Below are positions 27,797-39,467 of a DNA stretch of 64,000 bases, in pieces; within the stretch, counting starts at the first letter, position 1, and every line of letters begins with the position of its first letter. The stretch lies in NCBI GenBank assembly GCA_051294375.1, contig CM119268.1, forward strand, positions 14,279,420 through 14,343,419, given 5' to 3'. The notes under the pieces were generated by a model. The model saw nothing but the letters and a program-made list of their open reading frames with translations, searched no databases and was not told the DNA's origin. A program made the translations under genes and the position numbers. This stretch comes from Paraspadella gotoi (taxonomy: Eukaryota; Animalia; Chaetognatha).

Positions 27797-27914
27797 CTGT
27801 CAAGTGTGTTGACTATATCGGAGAACTTGGGCCTGAGGTTTCTGTCCAACCAACAGTCCAACATGAGCTGATAAATCGATTCTGGACATTCCCTCACTGG
27901 GGCAGGCGGTAACC
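27797..27914 (-). CDS. Eph: Eph kinase C-terminal exon (GYRLP[P][34 protein letters not shown]), with an apparent 1-nt deletion in a C run
   Basis: Aligns by eye with the Eph consensus GYRLPPPMDCP...QLMLDCW...RPKF. CCAG acceptor and AG|GTAAAT donor. One extra C near 27899-27902 is needed to keep frame. Confidence 0.88.
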
Positions 27915-28462
27915 CTGGAGGGGAAAAGGGAGGGGGAAGAGGGGGGTGCCAGGGGGGGGCGAGCGGGGCGAGGGAAGAGAGTCGACGATAAGAGATGAAT
28001 AATGAAGGGCGAAACACGGAATGGAACTAAGGATGGAATCAAAGAGAAAAGAGAGAGAGAGAGACGTTTTAAATTAATGTTTAATCCTAAAAAACCGCAT
28101 CGATTTTTTTTTCTACTCCTTGTAACAGGTTCTGCTACCAAAAAGCTTAGTGGAGAAATTCCATTAATTTTGTTTTGTAATTTAAAGAACCGAGGAAAAA
28201 AAAATACTTTTAAGAAAATAAAACGTTTAGCTTCTTCTCCGACAAGACGTTAATGGATTAAAACTCCATCAATTCCGGCGCTAGCTTGTTGCTCTCTTTT
28301 TTTTTTAAAGAGATTTTCGTCTCTCTCTCTCTCTCTCTTTCTCATTTCCTCGTTTCATTAGGTGAGCTAAAAAAATCATTAGAATCCCGAAATGGGCTCA
28401 ATATTCAAATGCGATTCTTACTTTCTCTATCAACTTGATGACGTCTCGGTTGCTTACCTATT

Positions 28463-28530
<68 letters not shown>

Positions 28531-28557
28531 CTCTCACTCTCTCTTTCTCACTCTTAC

Positions 28558-28680
28558 CTTCTCTATTAGTTTGATGACATCCTGGTTGCTCCAGTTCCAA
28601 TAGGGTCGCTCTCCGTATGAAACGACTTCCCACATGACAATTCCGTACGAACCAAACGTCGGAGGCAAGTCGTGAAACGT
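28558..28680 (-). pseudogene. Eph: Duplicate of Eph exon 45438-45558 carrying two 1-nt insertions
   Basis: Same sequence and splice sites, but 123 vs 121 nt (extra A in cgaaccaaac and ggcaagtc). Likely sequencing indels. Confidence 0.8.
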
Positions 28681-30481
28681 CTGAAAAAAAAAAAAAAAAC
28701 GGGGAAAAGGAAACTAATTACTGGTTAAATTACGACTTTAAATTTCCTGACGTTTTACAATTTACATCTTGAGGGATGGAGCTGGTTTTTAAACAGTTCT
28801 ATTCTCTTTTTTTTGGTCCAAGGCTACAGAGATACTGTTACTAATTTTGCTCCTTCCTCTCCTAATTCTAGTCGACGGCAAGTCGGCCCTTGAGATTTTT
28901 AGAATATTATTTGTAACAACATTAAAAGTCACCATAGGCAAAAAAAATTACCACAAAAAAAACCGACCAGATGCGCCTTCGTTCAATTTCAAACAAAATA
29001 ACACGAGAATACAAAAAGTTATTTTGGTTGTCAATAAAAGATAATAAGAATAAACAGTAACTCCCTTCTTTTGGTCGAATGCGATTTCGAAGGAAACCTA
29101 ATCGGCTGAGTGAATGAATTTTTTTTTTTTTAGAAAAAAAAAATTATTAAAAAAACATAGAAAAATAAAAAAATCTCGATTCTTTAATATAAAAAAATTT
29201 CAACGACAACCACTATCGTTATTTTCGGAATGAGTCATTTTCATCGAATTTTGGGAAAAGTAAACAAAGTAAAGATCGAATTAAGAAAGAAAAAAAACAA
29301 CTTTCGAATATTTAATCATTGAAACTTTCAATTTAACTTGCACACTCACTCCATACAACCCCATACATCGCTACCTAATTTCCACAAACCCTTCACAAAC
29401 CTCACAGCCGTGAGCATCAAAAAAACCGAGGGGAAACAAATCTGGAATTCATCTGTTTTTCTCACGTTGTAAAAACAATTAGAACCCACGGGATAGGAAC
29501 GAATTAAAAAACTCACGCACACATATTGGCGCGAGTTTACGCCCGCGTTTTTTTTTCAGATGCGTCGTTGCATCTCTAAAGGGGATGTTGTCGTCGTGGC
29601 ACGTTAGGAAATTATAAAAATCTTATTTCATAAATAACAAAAAAAAACAATTATTTTAATTATTTCTAATTTTTTGCCGAATCTTCGAGCCTTCATGTTG
29701 GACATAAAAATAAGAAGCCAAGCTCGATAGATGGAAAGTGGGGAACGTGAAATATTTGGTTCTTTTTTTAGACGTTAAATTATTTGTTTTTTTCAAACAA
29801 TTCGTCTCAACGATCAAAGTCAGGTTATTTCGTTCTTCTTCGCCAGAGAATAAATCCCAGAATTTCGATCAGTTTTGAATTTTAAATCGTTTACCTCGTT
29901 ATATGAAAATTTTCAAATTACTTGTTTTCACTATTTTTTTATTTTTATTTTTATATTTATGAAGATTTACCATTTAATCTATATTTCTTAAATATATATA
30001 TATTGCTTTCTTAAAAATTTTTTACTTATCATTATATCTAATAACTCATTTTGGGAATGGGAAGTCAGTGTTGACTTCTGGAAATAGAGGGAGCATCTAC
30101 ACAACACAAGCGTTAGATTACAATATGTCCAGTTGTCCTATATCATTGGTTGTTTATTTTCGTTTGGAGAATCGAGGATCGAAAATGGGCGAGGAAAGTA
30201 ATGGGAGAGAGGGGGTAGGTCGGGTAGGGGGCCAATTTGGGTGGGGGAGGAGAAAACTCATCGCGGGGGAAAAAGGAGAGCGGAAAGGATTTAAAAAAAT
30301 CAGTGAAGAACATAAGCGACTTAACTCTTTGCTCATTTTAAATTAGTTCAGCTTTATATTAAATGTACAAAAGATAAAAAAAATCCCAAAAGGAATCGGC
30401 CTTATTTCTTCGCCTATTATCTTTTGCCGACTTTTGAACTTCCTGTAATCTTCTTGGCGGAAACAGATTGAATTACTTAAA

Positions 30482-30566
<85 letters not shown>

Positions 30567-31561
30567 CGTCGGAGAGTGAGAGGTATAAAATTCAATTTCA
30601 TTTTTTATTTACTCCCCACTTATTTTTCTCGTCTCAGAAAATTTGTTTTATGGAGTATAAATTCTCTCATTTTTTTTATTACGTCGCGACAGAAATTTAA
30701 GGAAGAAGAAAAAACCGAGGGAAAAAAGAACAGAGGAAGATAAAGGGCATTTCGTCGTTTGTCGCGGTTTGTTTGGAGAGATAGAGACAGAGAGAGATAC
30801 AGACAGAGTCAGAGAGAGAGAGAGGCACAAAAAATGAAAATCTTCGAAAAGAAAATGAAATAAATTTGCAAATTCTTCATTTTTAAATAAATTTATAACT
30901 TTAAATCTGAAAAAACTGGATATCGTAAAAAAATGGATAATTATTTCATTATATAGCGAGAACCACTAAGAGTTTTATTTAAAATTTTTTTCGTACAAAT
31001 TTGATACCAAACGATAGGGAACTCTTTTCGAGCGCTTCATGCAAAATCAGCAAAATCGGTCCAGGATTCAAAAGTTATCGCCCAAACGTCACCCAAAATC
31101 CGCTTCCTCGCGTAATCAAAGTCGCCCTATGTTAAGGATTTCGATTTTGGTTCCATAAGATTTGTACTACGAGCGACGGTAAGAGCAGAATGCTCGATTC
31201 CGGGCCCCAGATTCAATAAGAAATCGAGCTTAGAAAATCGAAACTCGACGAAACCGGGAAAAAGCTCATGATTTTTGTAAAAACATACTTTTATGAGGAG
31301 AAATAGAATTTTTATTTTTAGAGATAAAACAGGGACAAAATTCGCGATGTTCAAGATTTTTTTTTCCAGAAAATATTGGCAATAATGTAAACAATGAACT
31401 CAGTTTATACGAGAGAGAGAAAGAGTTATATGAGAGACTATGAGAGAGTCTTTGATTGAAAGCTTGCAGGACCTACTATGTCATTATCTGTAAGAGTGAT
31501 GGAGGCCTTAAACCACCAAAAGCCTGTCCAAAGTCAGGGGCAGATAGCTTATTTATTAATG

Positions 31562-31633
31562 AATGGATAATTTTTTATATTGGTTGTACCAATTTCATGA
31601 AATTGTACAACCAAATATAAAAATTATCCATTT
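31562..31633. repeat. ~70-bp AT-rich palindrome centred on TTCATGAA
   Basis: aatggataattttttatattggttgtaccaatttca / tgaaattgtacaaccaaatataaaaattatccatt. One arm recurs at ~15549-15576. Confidence 0.8.
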
Positions 31634-31810
31634 AATATTTCATTATATATATATATTTCATATATATTTCATATTAATATCTTTGGCCAAAACGACTGGC
31701 TGTGGATGGGCGAATTTTCTTCCACATCTACAACTTATTTAAAAAACGACATGTCGTATCCGTAAGCTTCGTCATGCCGCAGTTTTAATTTATGAACATT
31801 GAACAATATA

Positions 31811-31995
31811 TGTAGAAAATGTTTATTATTTTTTATGCCACGGAGGGTCGCGCGTATCGATTCGTCGGCCGTAGGTTAAACTGGCTTTAACATGGAGAAG
31901 AAAATCTTTGTTTCCATGTTAAAGCCAGTTAACCTACGGCCGACAAATCAATGCGCGACCCTCGTGGCATAAAAAATAATAAAACATTTTCTACA
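31811..31995. repeat. ~185-bp near-perfect palindrome (MITE / foldback-like)
   Basis: Left arm tgtagaaaatgtttatt...ccgtaggttaaactggctttaacatgga pairs with right arm tccatgttaaagccagttaacctacgg...aaacattttctaca around a short loop. Confidence 0.85.
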
Positions 31996-32404
31996 GTAAA
32001 AACTAAGGTTCCATACAACCTTTTCCAGAGAACAATTATGATCGTTTTTACTGTAGAAAATGTTTATCATTTTCTATACCAAGTTGAGGCAAGGATTTGA
32101 CATGAGATCTTTCTACAAATACATAATTTTTTTGCTAAAAATACATTTCAAAAACATTTGAACTAATCCGCTGACTACCATACTACTTTTTATCGACTAT
32201 AAATGATAACATACTTTGGACAATTGACATGGTAAGCTGATTTCTATGAATGTACTACTACAAATATACTCATTTATTTAGAGTAAAAAGAATGATTTGT
32301 ATTGAAGTTTATTAACCAAAAAATGTTGCATTCTTCAACAATAATTATTATAATCCATCTCAGGATTAATAAGAAAGAGAGCAAAAATTCAGTGATTAAT
32401 ACTT

Positions 32405-32950
32405 CTATCCCCCTTCGCCGGTTTTCAATGTAAAGTCAAGAAAAAAAATATTTATTATAAATGACAAGGGGAAATAATATCTAAAAAAACAATCTGTGCT
32501 TGACGACTGCAACCACGATGATTTCGTTGACCACACAGGACTGGCGATTGATTTCTGAAAGTTATGAAAAGTAAGAAACAAAATCACTTAATTAAATATT
32601 TACAGCGATTTAAAAATCTTTACCAGATTGAAAAAAGTAATCCTGAAAGTATCTGGAGACTCGCTGATCGCCGTTGTTGCTGCCCTTGTAACTAAGCGCC
32701 GTTGTATGCTGTCGTGAAGAAAGATTTTATTAAAAATTTTATTAAAATTTTATTAAAAATTGGGGTTGGTCTACCAAACACCGAGCATTTGGTGTGGAAT
32801 GGCTTTCAGGAAGAGCAGGGCTTCCTTGTCCGCCACCAACGGTTCCTTGCGCTCGGCATTTAGTTTGGAGGACCTTCGCATTTCAATAGCCTCGGGAGGA
32901 GTGGTGACTGTTTGGAAGATGATAGCTTCTGGACCGGAGACAACTGACAT
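32405..32950 (-). CDS. Candidate nested 3-exon ORF, ~136 aa, unknown product (exons 32950-32775, 32708-32624, 32554-32405)
   Basis: Three GC-richer blocks separated by 66- and 69-bp AT-rich GT..CAG introns; the frame stays open after splicing. No recognisable domain. Confidence 0.35.
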
Positions 32951-33284
32951 GTCAAAAGCGACTTTATGGCCGTAAATCAATTAGGGATATATACATCTAA
33001 TACAAATAACAAAAAGTTAAATATTTTCTAAACTTTAACAGCAAAATTTTACTTCGACGACTGGGATTTTGAAGTCTTAAAAAATGATTTAAAAATATTT
33101 ATTCATCGAAAATTATTTCTGTCTACTGTAGAAAATATTTTAGTATTTTTTATGCCTCACGGAGCTGAACCGTCGGCGTATGCCATCAAAATGTTCTAAC
33201 GTGATTTTCTTGCAAAGAATTAATGAAGAAAAAGTTTGCATTTAATATTAATACTTTATTGTAATTCCATCGGAAAACTGTTTT

Positions 33285-33527
33285 GTAGTGGTAATATTTC
33301 ATACTCCGTTACTCGTCGAAGAATCAGCAGCACCTATGGCGCCGGAGGTAGCACGGAGCTCCTCCCACACAAAGGACTCAGTTAGCGCCCTGCTGATTCA
33401 CACAAGTAAATAGGCGGGATGGGGCGTCTAACCACCTGTAGTGACGGACTACAGCCGATCCGAAGTACGGGACCTTTTGTGCAACGGACGGTGAACTGCT
33501 CGCGGCATCGGTCTTCCACAGTTTCCT
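33285..33527 (-). mobile_element. ~240-bp dispersed structured repeat (SINE-like or ncRNA), copy 2
   Basis: Diverged homologue of 12662-12886, differing mainly by substitutions; paired stems retained. Confidence 0.6.
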
Positions 33528-34251
33528 CCGGGCGAAACGATATTTAGTGAGATTGTGCAACTGATAAAGTCACCGACGAAACGAACACGCAAAATCAATC
33601 TCTTCTTCTCTCTCTCTTAACGTTTTTATATTTATTCGTACGGCCAAGTGGTCAATTCTCATTTTGTTAATGACTGAAGAAACTTAGCATCCTTTGTTCC
33701 CGTTTTCTCTCTGTCTCCATTTCTTTGACTCGAATAAAATTCCTTCTGCTCTGAACTTCGTTCTCGATCGTTGCCTCACGATTTCATTAAAAACTAAAGC
33801 GCCGAAACATGTCCCTTATGTAAATAAAATCGTTGTTGACACTGAAATAATTTTTGCATCATTACATTACACAACGAAAAGAAAGTTAAAAACACAAATT
33901 ATTTATTTTAAAAAAAAGTAAAAAAATTATTACCTAATTATCCTAAACCCTAAAACCTCTTAACCCTAATCACCCCTAAACCTTAACCAACCCTAAATGT
34001 CGAAAGTAAAATTAACACATACATCCTAATGAACCGGTAACTAAAAATAAAATTGAGATGTTTAGTTGAAAAAAATAATTACCCACCTTGTTTCAGTGCT
34101 GTGTCCTCTTCGTGAGATGGTGATGTATAATGAGATATTTAATGCAAATAACGAGCAAGAATAAACTGGTATTCAAATTATCACTGAATGCATAATAATA
34201 ATTAATTTATTTCTTTGACAAAATTTCCGGTTTCAAAGATGTGCAACGACC

Positions 34252-34265
34252 GTTGCTATAGAAAC
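34252..34265. promoter_or_regulatory. RFX X-box (GTTGCTATAGAAAC)
   Basis: Full 14-bp match to the palindromic X-box pattern GTTGCY-AT-RGNAAC; motif match only. Confidence 0.4.
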
Positions 34266-35504
34266 CCAGTGGGGAATGTCCCGTTCATAGTCGCCAGTGG
34301 TTCATCTTGAAAAGGATTCGCTCAACAAAAGACCGCGAGCCACAGCCATGGCCATGACACGAGGCTTTCGAGCGTAACAAAGAAAACTAATAAGCCCAGG
34401 CAAATTCAATACGGCCCAGTTGGCATAAACAAAGAATCTTAAGCGGATTTATTCGAGCGAAAAAATCATGATTTGGATTTACTCTTTGATTAATATTAAT
34501 TATTTCAAATTTTATTTCCGCGCTCCCCCCACAAAAGAAAGTTCAAAACCATATCTAACAGCTTCGATAAACTTGAAATCCTCTATCTTCATAGGGACCG
34601 CAGGGTATAAAATACGACTGAAAAACCAGTTTATTGATTGCTTAAATAAGCAAGCAAGCTTGCAAGAAATTTACATTATGTCTTATATCGAATTGAAGCC
34701 AAGACCAGCTGGTCTATCATAATCTGCTAGCCATAATTACCTTTGTTTTAATTAGTTGAGATACGACAATAGGAAAAAGAAAGACATTTAAAAAAAAAGG
34801 CACAAACCTGCCTCTTTTTAATGACTTTTTAAATATTTTAAAATGTTAAAATATTTCTCGCGCCCCCCCAGTCGTCTTGCCCAAGACCCCAGGCTTTGAA
34901 ATATGCCCATATTGCCACACTTTCGTAGTGGGCTTGACTAATATACTTTTTGATCGAACCATTTTTTAACGGAAATCGACGAAAATCTGATTATCTCCTT
35001 CGAGCCGAACTCGTCTCCTCGCTACATGTATATCCCAGTTTTCTTTTCATGTTGTTGACCCGTTTATTCCCAATATCTGTCCAATTCTCGGCCGATCCCC
35101 GCCAATCTCCCCATTTACCCCGAGTTTTTTTGTCTCTTCGATGAGTCTTTACGATTCCTCTCGCCCACCCTTCACAACGCTCTCCCCCCCCGCCGCGACC
35201 CCCGCCCCCCGTTCCCCTTTACCATCGCCGTTTCGTCTCTCTGGTTTCCTCCTTCATTTTTCGCGGAGCAAAAGAAACACATAAAAACAACAACGAGGAC
35301 GCAAACCTGGGAAAAAAAAAGTGACTCGGAAAAGGTAAAACGAGAGGAAGAAAATAGAAGGAAAAAAAGATAAAAAAAGAGAAATAAAAAAAAGGGGAAA
35401 AAAGGGAAAAAAAAGATTGGCACTAAACTCCCGAGGGCGTGTGTTAAAAACGTAAGGAGAGAAATGAAAAAAAAGAGAGAGAGAGAGATTAGATGAGGAG
35501 AGAG

Positions 35505-35555
<51 letters not shown>

Positions 35556-36213
35556 GAGAGAGAATTACTGTTTGGGCGAAAAATAAATAAAAAATGAGAA
35601 GGGAGCAAAACACTCGCGGTGGAGATTTTATGTTTTTTGGCTTTTTTGTTTTGTTTATCGTAAAAGGTTGGAGGAATCATTGAATTCAAGCTTAGCGTTG
35701 TATTTTGTTTCTTTACATCGCGGGCGATAAGAAAAACCGTTTCGAGAGCGCGGGCGTGTACAACGACAACGTCAACGACGACTACGCACGCGTTCAACGA
35801 TCATTTTTTCCTCAAGATTCACGGCGCCACTCACGTACATTTGTTTTGTTTTCTTCTCTCGATCATCAGAGCGAAAAAGAGAAAAGAGTCGAGTTAATAA
35901 CGAACGCATCTGAAATGAAGGGGGAAAGAACTTAATGAAGGAATTACGATGGAACCGAATGAACAAAATATTGAATAAACTAACGATTCCAACGAGAGGA
36001 AATAACAAACGAATGAAAAGATGCGAAAATTCGAATGGGATCCATTTCGAACGAACGAACGGACACTAACAAATGAACGAAAGTTAACAAAGGAACAAAA
36101 TTCAAACAAGAATGAAGGCAAAGCGACTCATTTGGGACTCATACAGAATCCAATCAATCAATCAATCAATTCACCCCTGAACAATCTTCGCTGACCACTG
36201 CTTCTCCACCAAC

Positions 36214-36370
36214 CTGTATAAGCGATAGCCTCCGGCGCGGTCCACCTGACGGGGATTTTCCCGCCCTTGGAAGGTGTAGGCGGATGTCGCTCGAGTCCGC
36301 CATCCATCTCGCGGGAATACCGAAGTCGCCACTTTGCACACGAGGGTTCTATGTTCACCAAAGATGATTT
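36214..36370 (-). pseudogene. Eph: Frameshifted duplicate of Eph DFG/activation-loop exon 48929-49078
   Basis: [17 protein letters not shown] still readable; several scattered 1-2 nt indels relative to the intact copy. Confidence 0.8.
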
Positions 36371-36585
36371 CTGGGGCGGTAAGAGTGTGGGAGAGACGAG
36401 AGAGAGAGAGCGAGAGAGAGAGAAAGAGAGAGAATTGTATTCCGCATAAAAAATTGGTGGACAGGGAAAAACGGATTTTAACTAAAAAAGATTAAAATTA
36501 ATAAGAAATAAATCCTTAACAAAAATTAAATCTTCCCATTGCTACCCCTATCTCTTCTCCNNNNNNNNNNNNNNNNNNNNNNNNN

Positions 36586-36848
36586 GAGAGAGAGAGAGAG
36601 AGACCGTTTTAAATTAATGTTTAATCCTAAAAAACCGCATCGATTTTTTTTCTTACTCCTTGTAACAGGTTCTGCTACCAAAAGCTTTAGTGGAGAATTC
36701 CCATTAATTTTGTTTTGTAATTTAAAGAACGAGGAAAAAAAAATACTATTAAGAAAATAAAAACGTTTAGCTTCTTTCTCCGACAAGACGTTAATGGAAT
36801 TAAAACTCCATCAAATTCCGGCGCTAGCTTGTTGCTCTCTTTTTTTTT
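36586..36848. repeat. Short extra copy of ~28052-28305 isolated between two 25-N gaps
   Basis: Shares tttaaattaatgtttaatcctaaaaaaccgcatcg...gctagcttgttgctctc with the original. Confidence 0.85.
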
Positions 36849-36888
36849 NNNNNNNNNNNNNNNNNNNNNNNNNAAGAGAGAGTGAGAG

Positions 36889-36956
<68 letters not shown>

Positions 36957-37504
36957 AATAGGTAAGCAACCGAGACGTCATCAAGTTGATAGAGAAAGTA
37001 AGAATCGCATTTGAATATTGAGCCCATTTCGGGATTCTAATGATTTTTTTAGCTCACCTAATGAAACGAGGAAATGAGAAAGAGAGAGAGAGAGAGAGAC
37101 GAAAATCTCTTTAAAAAAAAAAGAGAGCAACAAGCTAGCGCCGGAATTGATGGAGTTTTAATCCATTAACGTCTTGTCGGAGAAGAAGCTAAACGTTTTA
37201 TTTTCTTAAAAGTATTTTTTTTTCCTCGGTTCTTTAAATTACAAAACAAAATTAATGGAATTTCTCCACTAAGCTTTTTGGTAGCAGAACCTGTTACAAG
37301 GAGTAGAAAAAAAAATCGATGCGGTTTTTTAGGATTAAACATTAATTTAAAACGTCTCTCTCTCTCTCTTTTCTCTTTGATTCCATCCTTAGTTCCATTC
37401 CGTGTTTCGCCCTTCATTATTCATCTCTTATCGTCGACTCTCTTCCCTCGCCCCGCTCGCCCCCCCCTGGCACCCCCCTCTTCCCCCTCCCTTTTCCCCT
37501 CCAG

Positions 37505-37622
37505 GGTTACCGCCTGCCCCAGTGAGGGAATGTCCAGATCGATTTATCAGCTCATGTTGGACTGTTGGTTGGACAGAAAACCGTCAGGCCCAAGTTCTCC
37601 GATATAGTCACACACTTGACAG
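37505..37622 (+). pseudogene. Eph: Inverted duplicate of Eph exon 27797-27914, frameshifted
   Basis: [12 protein letters not shown] and RPKFSDIV fall in different frames; same acceptor and donor. Confidence 0.8.
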
Positions 37623-39295
37623 GTAAATTTTTCGTCGTCGTCGCTGGAGCCGTCGTCGTCATTTTCGTCGTCGTCATTTTCTGTCGTCGTTGTTCTTCTT
37701 CTGCTTCGTCGCCATTGCCATCGTATCCATTGCGCCTTCGTCACTGCCATCGTGCTATTGCCGTTTTTGTCATGACCTTTGTCGTCATGGTTGTCGACTT
37801 TGCATCTTTGCACGTCGACTTCGTCATGCTTTCTTCGCTATTGCCATCTCTTTGTACTTGCCGTCTTCGGAATTGCTGTCGTCGTCCGCTCGTGATTGAC
37901 GCGCGATTGTTTTTCAATTCTTTTTATCGCTGCTTGTGACGGAGACGTCGCCAGTGGGCGTGGGGGGGGGGTTGAGAAAGGGGGGGGGGTGTTGAGAAGG
38001 CGTGGGCGGTTTCGAGACAATTTTGGAAGGTGACGTGTAGAACGACGAAAATGACGACGACGAAAACGAAAACAATTTTCTAGAAATTTTCCGAGTGACA
38101 AAAAACGACGACGACGACAACGATGACGACGACGATGACGACAGGACAACATTATGCCTTATTTAAAGACAAACTAAATTCGATTTCACCTTAATTAGTT
38201 AATAAGCGAACAAGCGGCAGCTTATCTCTCTCCCCCCCTCGTCAAAAAATGCTAAGAAGTCGCTAATTACTTTTAGCTCCTGGAGAATATTTAAGGAGTC
38301 GATATAATCACTAATTAATCAACGCAAGGGAGTCTAACGCTGACTCCCCCCCCCCCTCCTCGATAAAATTGTGTCGTTGTTTTTCTCGTCTTTCTTTTTC
38401 TCGACAAAGTTTATACACAGTAAGATAAAAATGAGAAGAGAATCAAAATAAGAATTCTTTCCTCATTATCGATTGTCCCCATACGTTGGCATTCCGACTG
38501 CACCCGAGACGGAGTGGACGCGAACCCACCTGGGATAAGTTTCAGTTCCTCTCTTTTACGGACATTTTTCTTCGATGCGCCGTGCCACGATTTTGACGGC
38601 TATGCACGCCCGTCGTCGGGTTCGAGAGAAAGGCTCCACGCGGCGCGGGCGCCGCACGTTTGAGCAGCATACGCAGCGACCGTAACGGCGGCGAGACCGA
38701 GGCTGCGGCGAACGCGGCGACCGCTAATGAGCGTGCTCCCGAAAGCGCCGGTGGCGAATGCGGCAGCGCCGGTTGCTGCGAATGCGGCGGCGGAGTCTGC
38801 GGCAGGTGAACTCGAAATGTAAGAAGAACAAACGAATGCGAGATTCGAAAAAAAAAAAAATCGGGGGGAAAAAATATCGACGAAATCTGAGATTTTGGTC
38901 AACTTGGAAATTTGAAGAGGAACTGGAAGCCTGCGCATGAAAAAAGGGAGGGGAAGGGTGAGGTCGAGGTGAGGGTGGGGTAAGGAAGGGTGAGCGAGCA
39001 TTCGCGGTGGGTTGGTAGAAGAATGGCGATGCGCGACGACGACGGCGACGATGACAACGACGTCGACGACGATGGCTTTGGACGACAAGGACCAACTTTG
39101 GATAACAAATGCTTTAGCAATGAAAACCAAACGACGACGACGACGCGACGATGGTGACGACTGTAGAAAAAGAAAAAGGGCAAAATATATTTTACGACGA
39201 CAATGAGAAAAGGACAAAGAGGACAAAGCCAGAAAACATCTTGATCGAATTAAGACCCCTACCAAACCTCACCTTTCCCATCCCCCCTCAAACAG

Positions 39296-39467
39296 ACTGA
39301 TCCGCAACCGGAACTCCTGTGCAAAGTGGCGAAGACTCGCGCGGCGCTCTCCGACGCCGCCGCGCCAGACTTGACCAAGTTCGCCTCCGTCGTCGATTGG
39401 CTCGAGGAATCAAGATGGCGAGATACGTCGACACTTCGAGAGGCACGGCGTCTGCACGCTCTTCCAG
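39296..39467 (+). pseudogene. Eph: Inverted duplicate of Eph SAM exon 26088-26262, frameshifted
   Basis: PDLTKFASVVDWLE and GIKMARYVDT are split across frames. Confidence 0.8.

Larger units (their letters stand above)
30955..35028. mobile_element. ~4.07-kb presence/absence segment in an Eph intron, possible non-autonomous DNA element
   Basis: Absent at the empty site ~47792-47804 (ttcatTATATccc). TATAT at both ends; short imperfect inverted termini TAGCGAG / CTCGCTA; lacks long microsatellites. No transposase ORF seen. Confidence 0.45.

Noticed and set aside
27612-27812. Acidic plus-strand peptide ending KFTCQVC (zinc-finger-like) and a hydrophobic minus-strand reading
   Set aside because: Degenerate (GAC)n sequence. 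The CxxC is the antisense of the Eph exon end and has no His pair; Eph read-through hits TAA at the donor.
33561-33590. Hammerhead-like CTGATAAAGTCACCGACGAAAC
   Set aside because: The core deviates from CUGANGA, and no stem III, cleavage triplet or stem I partner was found.
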